64,000 bases of DNA, taken from contig CATNEN010000029.1 in assembly GCA_950097015.1 (NCBI GenBank), positions 2,418,001 through 2,482,000 of the forward strand, read 5' to 3'. Shown here in pieces: positions 1-13,729 of this stretch; within the stretch, counting starts at the first letter, position 1, and every line of letters begins with the position of its first letter. The translations under genes were made by a program, and so were the position numbers. Below the pieces are notes generated by a model, which was not told where the DNA came from, ran no database searches, and saw only the letters and a list, made by a program, of their open reading frames with translations. This stretch comes from Macrostomum hystrix. Lineage: Eukaryota > Animalia > Platyhelminthes.

Positions 1-968
1 AAACAGTTATAATAAATAGGCAAGACGGCTATTGGTTTGTAGTTATTTTTCTGTGCAATCATTTCTCGTCGCTGAGGCCTAGTTGACACGGTCGCAACGT
101 CATTTCGGTTTAATTCGGTTGTGGTCGGGCAGCTAACAAGAGCAGCATGTGAGGAGAGTGGTGCGAAAGCTTGGTTCCACCCTTTCCCTTAGTAAGCAGT
201 GCGCCATAGTTCTCGGCATGTATTCGCTCGAAATGATCGAGCTTACAGAGCGCATCCACTCCCTTGCTATTCTCTCTCTCTCTCTCACTCGCTCAATTCT
301 CCACGCATCGCCTAGTCTGAAGACGAGCTATGCGCGCACAATTCACACACAACAGCAAACCTGTCATGCCACGCACTCAGTGTACTAGATGCCATGGCCA
401 CTCGCCATATGCAGTCCTACAGGCGCCCAGCCCCACCCCGACAGTGCCACATAAGTGCGCTATCGCATCCAACAAGTTTGGCCTAAATCTACAAATTAAG
501 TCCAATGATTTAATGCCAGTGCAACTGAACTGAACAGAGATGACAAAGAGAGAGGCCTGTTAGCGACACCAGTCCCGCCCGCTAAGAGTTCTGAAACTCC
601 CACAAGTCACTTGTCGTATCCTCACCTCCGGCAGGCGTGGGAATCTCTCCTGAAACCCCGGCCGCAGTCGGGTTTTGCGGGCGGTTGGCTGCGGGCGGAG
701 TCAGGGGAGGGTAGGGAGGAGGGAGGGGAACCCTTAGCGTTTGAGCGCTAGGCTGCCTGGTGCTAAACTTACAGAGTTCTGGTTGGCTAGTGGATTCTCT
801 CATTTTGCTTTAAATATGAGGGCCTAGTGGAAGAGAAGCCCTCTGTAAGAGCTAATAAACTAAATAAATGAGGAAAGGCTCAAAATTCAAGAATTAAATT
901 TCTTTTTTGTTGAATTGGCCACTTTACGGAGTTTGGCTGGGTAGTGACGAGTGAGAGCGAAGAAAACA

Positions 969-3900
969 ATGGCCAGCACAGCGGCGGCGACGGAGGGGCG
1001 TCCGCAGCACCGCCTGGGTCCTCTGGATGGCAGCCTGTACGCCATTGTTCGTCGTAGTGACGACGGCTGCTGGATCGAGGAGGACGGCCCGCCGGCCAGC
1101 TGTTCACCAGGGGCCACCGGTGGTCTCAGCGCCTACGACCCCGACTCTGGCTGCGCGTGTGAGTTGGCTGATAGAACCATAAAACATGTACGAGCTAAAA
1201 TCATAAGTCTCAGAGAACACTTCTTCATTTAGAGTATGGAAAACGCTTTATAACTTGCCTAATGTGCTTACTTGTGCTTAAAACAATGGGGATTTTATTA
1301 TCGATTAATAATATAGTTTTCATCTCTGTGTTCAAAGTTCCAACTTTTGCTAGCAAAGTCAGTCGCAGCAAGAGTCAGCTTCGCAGCCATATGCTTCTCA
1401 TTATCTTTGTCGAATTATCGGCTTCTGAACAAGCGGCTTCCGCATAGCTTGGTCCACTGGACGCACGCGGATCAGTTCAGTAAATGCTACCCAGCTTAGT
1501 CTGATTCCATAGCCGTCAACCAACCCCCAGTCCGGATTTTCCTCTCCTGCAGTTCCGGGAAATTCTGGCCGGAATTGGTACCGATGCAATTCCACCCAGC
1601 CTCATGCAGCCCATCCGTAACTCTGCGGCCGCTGCAAGAACAAGCCGTACTGTCCAGGCCAGCGTCCACAGAATTTCTTCCCCGTTGCGCTCCCTCCGTT
1701 CTTCCCAACGCCAGCAGCAGGGCTATCGACTCCAGAAGACTCGTTGATAAGATGCTGATGAGGAAGAACTTAGAGCTTGTGGATGCCTATGAGGGGAGCA
1801 TTGCTGGGGTTTAGCGAATACAATAATTCGGCTTGCATTCCATGCCATGCATTTTCCAGTCGGTTTGGAAAAGAGGATGCGAGGCATGGCAGAGGCCGCA
1901 GAAGCAACTGGCACTGCTGATGCCTCCCGTTTCGACAGGGAAAAGGCAGGGGGACGTGAGGCATACTAAATACTTTCTAGCAGCTAGCATCTACCATATA
2001 AGGATCCTACGACCCATGCGTTTTACCTGGGCGAGGGCGTTTTTCAGAAATGGGTTAGTGGAGGACGATCGCTTTAGATATAGGGAAGTGCAGGGCTAAA
2101 GCATGCGCCATCGCATTGTGACGGAACGAAGATGTTGCGAAAAAGGATGATTTTTAAGTGGAAAGAGCGAAACATCGATAGTGGCCCCTTACCCATCAGC
2201 GTTCAACAAAAAATGCATCCGATTGCTCTCCGTAGAATGTACGGAGAATGTCATTGTAGAATAAATGAGTAGCATATAACAAACCAAAACGAGTACATTG
2301 TCTGGCTGGAATGTCAGCCAGCTAGAAGCGGCACAGTAATACGCCAGCGCACATAATGCTCAAATCCACCCCAGTGTCTATTCCCCTTGCACCCCAGATC
2401 AAGGCTAAAGCGAGATCGGTCTAGAGAAAAATTCTCGGGACGTCGGCGCGGCTCGTCTGCTCCTAAGCTGCATGATCCGAGAATAACTCTGTCCTCCTCA
2501 ACCCCACACTCACGTTCCTTCGTCCTTACGTTCCCAGTTTGGCTTTTTGGCGCTTACAGTGTGTAGGACCAGCTAAACAAAACAATTTCAACTGCCATCA
2601 TCGGTGAGCGAAGTCAAGAATTAGTTCTAGTTAGAAAACATACGCTTTGGAAAAGGCTGAGAGAGAGAGAGAAAGAGAAAGCAGGATAGATAGACTAGTA
2701 GGCAACTTCAGGCCAGCAACTGCGTTATCGCAGCCTCCCTCTTCGTGCAGCCAGGGCCAGGCGCGTGCAACCACCGCACATCGGCATCGGGTCTGGCGAA
2801 GAGAAAGATTTTGGTAGCACCAGGCGCTGGACACAAAACCTTTTGGGCTACAAATTATCGATCACCTTCTACCTACACAGCCCCGGCTTTGCATCCGAAC
2901 CCTGTGATACGCTTGCGTTAAACAGTCCTTACTTTGGCGCTTTGCTTCGGTCAGTTCAGCAAGTTTTGCTTATTCGCTGGCGCACTGGTGGATCCCTGAC
3001 TTTGCTCGCCCCTCTCCATCAGACCACCCCAGCCTCCCTGCTACCTTCCGGTTGACATCCCGCGTGGCAGCGGGAAGTTCTTCCTTCCCGTCCTCTCTGG
3101 CTTCGGTCCTCTCAGTCGGCATTTCGCGGCCCTCACCTCTTCCAGCCGGGATCGTCCCAATCCCGACCTCTCACTCCTGCCAAGATCCCCGCCTCTGTGT
3201 ATTTTTCCTCCCAATTCACTGTTTTGACCCGGTATCGCTAGAGAAACGCAAACCAAGACAGACAGGCACCAGAGACCTGCTGAGCCACTCGTACTTAACT
3301 CTTGGTGTCACACTTCGCCAGACGTCTATAGACTGGCAGTTTCTCTAACATTAGCCAAAGAAGGGGAATCTTTCGACAAAGTCCGACCATGAACTACGAA
3401 GGCAGTTCGCGCGACTTTCAGCAGAGTAATCGCTTCTGCACCGTCTTTAGGAGTGAGTTGTCCTTCGTTTATTTCTCTTCGTGCTTCTGACCTTCAGCAC
3501 TCTCCGTCTTTCTGAAATTCGTTGATTTGCGCATTTAAGGGGCCACGGAGAAACGGGAAGAATACAACAATCGCTTTTTTAGTTTTATCCACACGAGTCC
3601 TACACAATCTTTGCTGATGATGTGGAGCCGAGAAGTAGTATGGACAAAGGTGAAGAGTCTCTTAAAGACTCGTGGGACGAATTTGATAGTGGCTGTCTAA
3701 CAGACCTAATCCTAACAGTTAAATGCCGATTTATTTTGAACGTAATCGACAAGCCAAATGAAAATTCCGCAGCAAACATTGGCTCAGGCAATGCGCACCG
3801 CAGCAGCGGCGGCGGCGGAATCGTCCTGCCGCTACAGCCGCACACGCTGCAGCCAAATTTTGAGTACACGTCGTCGTCATCATCGCGATATGGGGCCAGC

Positions 3901-4375
3901 CGGAGTCGTCCAGTCCAGGATATTGACAGCCTACTGGACGAGCTGCTAGGCATCGGTGGCAGCGGTGGTGGCGGGGGCAGCAACGCTGCAAGCGCTAACG
4001 TAACTGCCAGACCAGCTAGTGACAGACTCCGACACCGATCCACCGAGCCATCGGAGCAGGCGAGCCGCAACTTTGCCTACCAGCTGCCAGTGCACCATCA
4101 GCCAGCTCAGCCTCATCACCAGCAAACTCTGCACCTAAATCAGCAGCATCACCAACAGCAACTATTCTCTACCTCATCTTCTACAGCTGGTGGTGGCTAC
4201 CGCTACCAAAGTGGCGGCGGCGGTGGAGGCGGTGGCGATGGTTTCCAAACGGAGCGGGAGCGCCAGCTGGCGCTGGAGCTTCGACGAACGCAGAAGAAGC
4301 TGCGGAAGCTGAGGAAGGCGGCTAGCGATTGCGGCTACGATCTGGATGAAGAGCGTCGGTTTGATTTTACCGACA

Positions 4376-4418
<43 letters not shown>

Positions 4419-6484
4419 GCAGAAGCATCAGCAGCAGCAGCAGCAGCACAGCTACTTTACCAGGTCCTATCAGCAGCAGCAGCCTCCGGCTCCGCCACAG
4501 CCGCACAAATACGGAGGCATTTCTGCACCTTTTGAGGACGCCTTTCAGAGCCTCGGAGGTGAGCTAGCTTTGCCTGCCTTGTGTGTCTCTAGCCAATTAG
4601 TTTTAACTAATTTAACTCGGCTCATGTGCCCAATGACGGACTAAATGAGTCTTAGAGAATATAGCCGGCAGCAGCGGAAGTTGCCCAATCCCCCAGTTGC
4701 AATGCCTACATGTAGCCAACTCTTGGCTAGTAGAGATTTGTTTAACTATAGCAGCAAAGCCGGCACTCGATTCATTATCATTAGTCTACGGTAGAGCTCG
4801 AAATTTTGACTTTGCTATAAAAAAATTGAGACCGAATTGATGAGCCGCAGCGCCTCCAATCGCTTCCATCCTCGCTCCCGTTCGTCTGTCGCCTTGACAG
4901 GCCGCTTTAGGCATCAGAGTGAGAACAGAGAGCTGGGGGGACAGCAGCACTTTAGCCTGCAGCAGCAGCAGCAGCAGCCGCAGCCGATCTGGGAGAGGCA
5001 GCACCACACCTTCACCAGGCAGTCTAGTGAGCAGTACCGCGACGGTGGCGGACTTTTTGGCGGTGAGTTATTTGAGTAATGATTACTCCATTACTCAATG
5101 CCCCATTCACTTGAGCGCTGATTCTGTAAAACTATTTTTCGCTCAGTTTTTCAATAGACCACTTCCCAATTAACCCAGTTTCTCATTAGCCCGAGTTCCT
5201 AATTATCCCGAATTCCTTATTATCCCGAGTTCCTCATTGGCATCATTCCCCCTTAACCCAGTTTCTCATTAGCTCGAGTTCCTTATTATCGAGAGTTCCT
5301 CATTGGCCCAGTTTCTCATAGCCAAATCCGTCATTGTACACCTATACTCGTAGGAGGGAGAATCGTCTAAAGTTTGGGGCGAATAGAACTGCTAGTAATT
5401 GGTGTCCCGTGTCCCCTTTTCGTCATCCACTTACTTGGCAGCGGTTGAATCCATTCTGTAATGGCATTTAAACTCCCTAGCTGAATCATGCTTGCTGGCT
5501 AAATTTGCACTTTACAGTCCCAATCTGAATCATTGTTTAGCAATCACTTAGAAAATATGGCACCAAAGCGAAGCCCCATCGCATCGGTTAATAGTTTCTT
5601 CGCAATGACATAAACAAATTATTTTTAGCTTCTGTTCAGTCACGGTTGCATAAACTGGACCGCATCATTGTGTTCCAACTTGGCCAACCCAACATTGGAA
5701 TTTCACAATCACAAAAAATCTAGACGACACAAGATAGACAAGTATCCCCATATATGGGGAGAATTTTTTCGAGCAAGTAGCAAAGCAGACAATAATCAAG
5801 TTGCCACCTCTCCAGAACGTCGACATATTTAAATATCATGACTGGAGGCCCATTTATTTCCACAAGCTCCCATGCATTCAGCAGACTACAGTTTAGGCAC
5901 AGTTCAGGCGCAAAAAATATCGCCGGAGGAAACTCCCTTGGTGCCAAAATTTGCGGAAAATTGGCTAGGTGTTCCTACAAATAAGATATCTCAAAGTATT
6001 TATACACATGCGATCATTTATAATTTCGGCTCTTGGCTTCAAACTGTACCTCATCAAACTGCTTTAGGCCGATCGCACTTGGCCACTGCCACTCTGCCGA
6101 CGAGCCACCAGTCGCATTCAGGCAGGCAGCAGCACTGGGAGAGCCACCGGCGTCAATTTGAATCGACCGGCCAGACCGGCGGAGAGGACACATTCGACAG
6201 CAAGCTGCAGGAGCTGGAGCGGTCGCTGGAGCGGGTCCGGCAGAAAATCAAGATGACCGGCGCCAGCACCCACCGGGCCAGCTCTGTGAGCCACTTTCGC
6301 ACTAGCGAGACGCCCATTGCGCAGCGAACCGCAACGACCGGGGAGTCGACGGCGCACACGCGGCATCATCATCATCAGGAGAGACGGGTGAGAAGCTTGA
6401 GAACTGGCACTCCTTGCTGATGGTTGAGTTCTCAGAGCCAATCAAATCTAGATCTGCCTGCCTGTCTGTCTGCTTGTCTGATTT

Positions 6485-6518
<34 letters not shown>

Positions 6519-9500
6519 AATCTGCCTGTCTGTCTGCCTGTCAATCTGCCTGTCTGTCTACCTGTCTGTCAATCTGCCTGTCTGTCTGCCTGTCAATCTG
6601 CCTGTCTGTCTGCCTGTCTCTCTACCTGTCAATCTGCCTGTCTTTCTGCCTGTCTGTCTACCTGTCTGTCTACCTATCTGTCTACCTGTCTGTCTACCTG
6701 TCTGTCTGTCTACCTGTCTGTCTGCCTGTCTGTCTGCCTGCCTGTCTACCTGTCTGTCAATCTGCCTGTCTGTCTGCCTGTCTGTCTATCTGTCTGGCCA
6801 CATGTGAAGCATTGTCCGCCTCCGACTCGGTCAGGTTCAAATTCCTGTGCAGTCGTCTGGTCCGGTCCCTGATCCGCTTCAAGTAGTAAGTTGAAGCCGT
6901 GTTTTCCTCGACTGTCAGCTCCCACTGCAAGCCTTTATTTATACTCATTCTCCTATTTATTTTGTTTTTTTTCATTACTTTATTAGAGCATTCATTGCTG
7001 TGTAGTGCTTCTATTTGAAATTTCATTTCTTTGGCGGTCAGGGGTTTCGTTAAATAATTAATTATTAATTTTTATTAATAATATTAGTCAAGATATAACA
7101 AACAAAAACAGTTAATACAAAAGAAACAGAAAACAGAAAAAATATTTAAAAAGACTTTTTGAGCAATAAAGTCATATAGTTACCGTTGTTGCGTTTAATC
7201 TAAAAATTAAACAATAAAAGTTTTATTCGTCAATAACGGGACAAGTTTTTTAGCAATCTAACCTAGTGCGCACTACTGCTTAGAGAGAATTCCGTTTAAT
7301 TTTGAAATTGTGACAATATTATAAATCTGCTGTGTCTGCTGCAGAATTAAACTTGCGATCCGTTGATTCCCAAATTTGAAATGAAAAATGTGGCCACCCA
7401 ACGTGCGCAACAGAAGTTTAGGCCGGAGAAGAGATCGCACAAGGACACAGAACTAGTCGCTACAAGTCGTGGCAACTGCGCTGAAAAAATAAGTTTTGAA
7501 TGGTTATTCCATAGACATGTAGCCAAGCAGACGAAAGCATTTAGTTTTCGGCCTTCCTAATTCACTTTTGTCTCTTCTCTGGAGCAGCAGGCCTGGGTGG
7601 CCAATATTTTCGTTTTAATGTTGGATGATTTAGTTTGCAACTTGAGTCACACGCATGCACCGCCGCTGCACAATGCTCTGTCTGGTATTGTCAGCTATGC
7701 TAGCAACAAAAAATGCAGTCCGGTTACGGTGACACGGTTACATAATGAAATTTTGTGAGCAGCAAATTATGCCTAAATTGGTGGTTTTTGCCACCAGACA
7801 ACACGACGAGGAGCTTTGAATGTGTCGACGATGCCGATGTTTTTATGATTCTGGAAGTTGTTTCATCGGATAGAGCGGAAAATTTTAGCCCGTGTTCTGC
7901 ATTTTCATGGGGTTGAATATCTTAGGCGATGCAGAAAAAATATGGGTATTCGAAATACCCCGTGGTATTTGTAGTGTTAAAACATTGTGTTTACCAGTCT
8001 AGCAGCCAGGAAGCTATTTTTTTCGACAAGAGACATACTAGTTTTAGTAAACATATTAAGTCTGTACAGCAGGATTTATATTAAGTTTACTATCGTTTCT
8101 CTCACATTTCGCTTGACCTTCGCGGAGCATACCCTGACAGTTCTGCAGCAGTAGGTTGCAACGCATTTCATCAGAACAATAAGAGTTTTTTGTATTTCAA
8201 GGTAGCCGGGATAATGATAACGCTCGTCCCGCAGACGCTCCAGCAGCGCACGGTGACGCACGCGGCGCCGGGCGAGGTCTACCAGGAGGTGGAGACCATC
8301 ACGCTGCAGCCCATTGGTAAGGGCATTCACGACCTAGAGGCGCCGAAGGAGGCCGCCGCGGCTGTTGGCGGCAGGCGCCAGATGGCTCAGTCGACGCCGC
8401 ACCTGCCGACTGCGACAGCCACCTTGGTCGGGGGCGGGTTTCAGACAGCTCAGCAGCAGCAGCACGCGGTTAGCCAGCGCAGAGGTTGGTACTAAAGTTA
8501 ATATTGATTTAAGCTACGCCTCAGGCTTGTCCAATCGATCTCAATTCGTTAAACTTGAACCCGGCAGTGGCCACTCTGCGCTTCTTCGACGCCGCAACCA
8601 CAGTCCGGGTGGCGGTGTTGCCATGAAAACAACTGCCCAGGTGCATCTGCAGCCACAGCACCAGCAGGTGCATCAGCAGCATTCGTTAACAAGAGCACCG
8701 CAGATTCACCAGATTGGAGTTCAGCAGCAGCAGTTTGCTCAGGTGTCAGCCGTCGGCGGTCGCATGGCTCATTCGTCCTCGGTGCCGCCTGACTTCGGCG
8801 ATCCGACAATTCAGTCGCCGATGTCGCTGCCACTGCCGGTTTCTGTTCAGAACCAGCAGCAGCAGCAGCAGACGGTCACTAGACGGTATGAAACCTACAG
8901 CCATACTAGACAGACGGATGGTGACCGATTCGCTCAGCAGCAGCAGCAGCAGCCAATAGCCATCGAGCTGCAACAACCGCAAACTGTGGAAGTGGTCAGG
9001 GCTCCCGCAGGTGCTACAGGCACTATTACAAGCACCCGGAGCTATAGCACGCAGCAGCAAATGCAGCAGCAGCAGCAGCAGCCCAGAGACACCATGGAAG
9101 CCGGTGGCAACGGATTCAGTGGCTACTACTCCGAGCAACAACGAGGCGGAACGACTCAGCAGCTGCAGCAGCGCCAGTATCTGAGCAGCCAAGCTCAAGA
9201 CTCTATGCTGCTATCTCCTGTATCTACGGTGTCCTCTGTGATTCAGATCACATCTCAGCAGAATCACCAGCAGCAGCAGCAGCAACAGCAGCAACCGCCG
9301 CCGGGCTTTCCAATGGCGCCTCTGTCGCCTGGCGAGCAGTCGTCAAGCAATTTCTCACGGCCCTCCAGCTTGAACGGCAGCGTTGACGGGCTGGACTCGC
9401 CAAATGGGCAGGCTGCGATGAAAGAGAGCATGAAGCTCTGGTACAGGCCACGCATTTCCAGAGAGGAAGGCAAGACTTCAAATATGTTTTCTTTACCTAC

Positions 9501-11836
9501 CCATGCCGATTGATCAGTTTGAAAGCTTGGATTTTTTAAGAATTTGAGCAATAATATATTGGTTGCTTACCCATCAATGTTTCAGAGTGCAGAGTCCATA
9601 AATTATTAATTGGTAAAGACTATCCAGCAATATTGGCTAATCTTCGCTTTAAAAACACAACCAGATACTTAAAATGCCTGAGATAGCATGAACAGCGAGA
9701 AGGATAGAAATGTTAATCAAGCAGCCAATCCGCTAGCAGGAAGCGGGTTAGAGCTTCGTACGCAAACACGCCAGGCAGCTCTTAGAGGAGCGGAAGGGCA
9801 AAGCCACGAAGAGCTGATTGGCGCCTGAGGGGCAGAGCGACACAGGGCTGATTGAAAGACGAGAGAGGGGACAGAAGGGCCCCTGCCAATCAGCTCACGA
9901 CTCGGGGCAGAGCGACACAGGGCTGGTTGAAGGGGGAGAGAAGGGGGACACAGGGGCCCAGCCAATCGGCTCACGACCCGTGGCACGTAGGACAGGGTGG
10001 AGGAGGGCTCAGCTATCACTTCTTTTTTATTCCTTCCGTCATCCATTCTTACCTGGCAGCCATCAACCTGCTTCGTCACGCCCAGCCGGGCACTTTCGTG
10101 GTCCGAGACTCTAACAGCTTCCCAGGCGCTTTCGGCCTGGCCGTCCGGGTGGCTCAAATCCCCAAGGGTATTCAGCCAAAGTCCAGCGACATTAGCACCG
10201 AACTCGTGCGCCATTTTCTGATCGAGCCAACAGGAGGTGGCGTCCGGCTGAAGGGCTGCGCCAACGAGCCGATCTTCCCAACCCTGGCAGCGCTGGTGCA
10301 TCAGCACTCGGTCACCCAGCTGGCCCTGCCTTGCCGTCTGCTGGTCCCGAAACCGGAGGCAGCTGTGTACGACCAGCCGGACAGGTTTGTGACGCAAGCT
10401 CGCGGCGGCGGCGGAGGCGGAGGTGGTGATCCAACTGTGGGAGCTCCAGTGGAGCTCAGGCATCCGTTACAGAGCAGTGCAGGTGAGCAAGGCTACCGCA
10501 CAATGTGTTGAGAAAGTTTGTTCAGTATATAAACTTTACTCCCTAACCCTCGCAGCCTGCAACGTACTGTACGTCGGCAGCGTGGATGTCGAGTCGCTGT
10601 CTGGCGGCGACGCCATTAGCCGAGCGGTCGATGTGGCGCTCTCGAGTCAAGCCCAGCTGCGCACCGCTGAATGCCAGCTGAAGGTCGGTCAGGATGGCAT
10701 CACGCTGACTGACAACCACCGGAAGCTCTTCTTCCGGCGCAATTATCCGCTATCATCAGTTCTGCACTGCGGCCTCGACAATTTGGACAGGAGGTGAGCG
10801 CTAAGTGATTTCAGGTAACATTTTTAGACTTTCTTTTGTAAGGCATTAAACCTGCCTATCCTCCTGACACGCCAGCTGCCGCTGTCTCTCCTCCTGACAC
10901 CCCCCAGCAGCCACTGCCTCTCCTCCTGACACCCCCCAGCAGCCACTGCCTCTCCTCCTGACACGCCAGCTGCCGCTGTCTCTCCTCCTGACACCCCCAG
11001 CAGCCACTGCCTCTCCTCCTGACACCCCCAGCAGCCACTGCCTCTCCTCCTGACACCCCCAGCACCCACTGCCTCTCCTCCTGACACACCCAGCAGCCAC
11101 TGTCTCTCCTCCTGACACGCCAGCTGCCGCTGTCTCTCCTCCTGACACCCCCAGCAGCCACTGCCTCTCCTCCTGACACGCCAGCTGCTGCTGTCTCTCC
11201 TCCTGACACCCCAGCTGCCGCTGTCTCTCCTCCTAACACCCGCAGCAGCCACTGTCTCTCCTCCTGACACCTCCAGCTGTCACTCCCTCTCTCCTCCTGA
11301 CACCCGCAGCTGCCACTGCCTCTCCTCCTGACACATCCAGCTGTCACTGCCTCTCCTCCTGACGCCTTTAGCTGTCACTGCCTCTCCTCCTGACACCTCC
11401 AGCTGTCACTCCCTCTCTCCTCCTGACACCCGCAGCTGCAATTTGCAACTGCCTCTCTGACTGGCACTTCTATCTTCTATCTCTCCTTCTGACAACTCAA
11501 TTCGCTACTGCCTCTCCTCCTAACATCAATCGCTGCCTCAGCTTCTTATCCTGACACCCTCAGCTGCCTCTGAATCTACTCCTGATACCCGCATCAGCTA
11601 CTGCCAACTTCCATCGCAGATTCGCCCACCCAGAGCTGTCGGCCCGGGGCGTGAAGAGTCCTCGCCTATTTGGCTTCGTGGCCCGCAAAGGTGCCGCGGG
11701 GGGCGGCGGTGGCCACTTCGGCCAGTCTGAGCACACCTGCGTGCTTGCCTGCGAGTTCGACCCGCAGCAGCCGGCGGCAGCAATCGTCGCCTTCATCAAC
11801 AAGCTGCTTTCGCAGCATCAGCAGCAACGGCGCTGA
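969..11836 (+). CDS. TNS: Tensin-like protein (C-terminal SH2 + PTB domains, long Q/S-rich N-terminal region), multi-exon
   Basis: Phase-consistent exons: 969-1158 (tentative first exon), 3773-4558 (could start at 3622), 4901-5062, 6068-6387, 6835-6885, 8202-8484, 8525-9469, 10060-10482, 10556-10793, 11620-11836 (TGA). The spliced product contains the tensin SH2 '[41 protein letters not shown]...ELVRHFLIEPTGGGVRLKGCANEPIFPTLAALVHQHSVTQLALPCRL'. It also contains the tensin PTB 'ACNVLYVGSVDVESLSGGDAISRA...GITLTDNHRKLFFRRNYP...LFGFVARK...FDPQQPAAAIVAFINK'. SH2/PTB exons are high confidence; 5' exons are less certain. Confidence 0.9.
5172..5325. repeat. Degenerate short tandem repeat (intron)
   Basis: Repeated 'ttaacccagtttctcattagc' and 'cgagttcct(t/c)att' units. 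Confidence 0.6.
6440..6795. repeat. (CTGT/CTGC)n microsatellite in tensin intron
   Basis: Direct reading of the tetranucleotide array; it is the source of ORFs 6414, 6424 and 6302. Confidence 0.95.
9825..9985. repeat. Degenerate tandem duplication in tensin GC-AG intron
   Basis: 'ggggcagagcgacacagggctg...gccaatc(a/g)gctcacga' recurs 2-3 times. Confidence 0.6.
10855..11530. repeat. ~31-bp minisatellite in last tensin intron
   Basis: Unit approx 'ctctcctcctgacacccccagcagccactgc', about 20 copies, decaying toward the 3' end. Confidence 0.95.
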
Positions 11837-12651
11837 CGCAATTGCAATTCAACCGGAACAAAGTATTGCAGAATAGAACTAGAGTAAATCTCGTGTACTT
11901 TTTCTCATAGTCGCATAATTATGCTCATTATGTTTTCAGATACTGATCAGCTACTTATTCTGCTGCCTATAGCGATTTCATCACAGTTGCACTGTCCAAC
12001 TAATCTATAACTTGCTTTTATCCTCTTGCTCTTGCTTGTTCTTTTAATTTTACCCATCCCAACGATGAGAATTCTCTAACCCTCATCTACTGAGATTATA
12101 TTCAGCCTGTCGCAGATCCTTGGAGCGTTCTCTGCGTTCTCTCTTCAGTAAAATCCTAAAGTTTGTGCCGGTGTTCTTACACTGGCACATACACTGGCAA
12201 ATAGGCTATTGTCCGTGTGGCAGAGGGAAAGCATAAAACTATTAATTTTCTTCCTTTCTTTATTCTGCTATTACGTCGGCTGGTTGAACAAGTCCAGCTC
12301 TTCAAGCACTGCTATCTATGTAAGCCTGCTATATAGGTTAATTAATCTGCAGCTTTTGTAATCATGTTATTTCTGTTTCCACTCTCACTATCTGACTACG
12401 CCTCAACGCCGCCCCCTCCCTACTATTTTGCTTTCCTTAGCGACATCGGCAGCGCACAAAAAAGTTAATTACGACACCTTTGCAGTATAATCCCTCCTGC
12501 TCCAATCAATGTTTTATTTGTATGCAACCTTCTTTGCAGAAATTATGGGATCCGTCTGCTTATCTCCCACCCCATGCCCTGTGGCTTTTAAACTCAGTCG
12601 CTTTAAATAACTGTGCAATATGCATCGATTTTTTGTCATGCCGACGAAAGA

Positions 12652-12925
12652 CTGAATTCTAGGGTTGAAATGTACATTTGAAGGGGTGTAGAGAGGACGA
12701 TAGGGTTAATTCTAGGGTTTACATGTACATTTGAAGGGGTGTAGAGGGGCGGAAGATTGAATTCTAGGGTTGAAATGTACATTTGAATGGGTGTGGGGAG
12801 GACGATAGAGTTAATTCTATGGTTTACATGTACATTTGAAGGGGTGTAGGGGGGGCGGAAGATTGAATTCTAGGGTTGAAATGTACATTTGAAGGGGAGA
12901 CGGAAGATTGAATTCTAGTGTTGAA
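12652..12925. repeat. ~55-bp tandem repeat, intergenic
   Basis: 'gaattctagggttgaaatgtacatttgaaggggtgtag...' about 5 copies. Confidence 0.9.
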
Positions 12926-13729
12926 ATGTTTCAGTTTTCAAGATTGCTTGTTTCAATTTTAAACAACGCCTAGTCCGGCAATGTGGCAATAATTTTCGCC
13001 CGTTTTCAATGCCTAATTTCATTTCTGTTCTTCGCTTCTGCATGCCAACCCCACAGAGAAAAATACACTAACTCATACAGGTGTATATACGTAGGCAAAG
13101 CTTGGAACGAGAAAACAAAAAATTTGTCGCCACCTCATTCTCAACGAACTCACTGCTTTTTAAGTAATCTATATACAAATAACTATAACAAGAAAATCTT
13201 GAACCACATTGAGCCGTTAACAGTTTAGACAAAGTTTCATGCTCACTGCTACGCTAGTAAATGAAATTCCGCTAATAGCATTGAGTCTTCTCTCTGTGTT
13301 GCTTTTATTTCGATGCCTCACTGGGTGCTTAGCCTGCAGATGGGGATTACTTTGCTCGCCGTATTTCTCGGGGAGTGAAGCTGCGATCCCATTTCGCTTC
13401 ACTCCGCATCGAGTCGTGGCACTAATGCGCCTTTAGAAATGCCTAATTTGGCATGCGCTATTTTTGTACTCGTATCGCCGGCTGAGCAAGAGCTCAAGCT
13501 TTTGCTTCATTGCGGAAGGAATTTTTAGGCTGTTTACAAGTAGCAAATCTACTAGTTTTTGTGTGCACATGGTTAACTGAATATTAGGAATTTTTCTGAC
13601 GATTTTCAATAACTTGGAATGCATTTGTTTCACATATAGTGCGTTTGCATTCAACAAAGGGATAAGATGGGAGATAGGAGATGGAATGGGAGAGCGGATT
13701 TTGTGACTAGTGGGAGATTTGATGAATTC

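Noticed and set aside
1750-1800. Hammerhead ribozyme core (CTGATGA hits here and at 3615, 40253, 63108)
   Set aside because: No stem II plus GAAA arrangement follows any hit.
1262-2100. Short overlapping ORFs in tensin intron 1 (possible transposase remnant)
   Set aside because: No recognisable transposase or reverse-transcriptase motif in any frame, and multiple stops.
4174-4506. Poly-Leu/Ser/Ala ORFs antisense to or out of frame with CAG tracts (also 8746, 44211, 56592)
   Set aside because: Alternative-frame readings of polyQ-coding CAG repeats.
9717-10463. 248-aa minus-strand ORF
   Set aside because: Antisense shadow of the tensin SH2 exon plus an intronic repeat.
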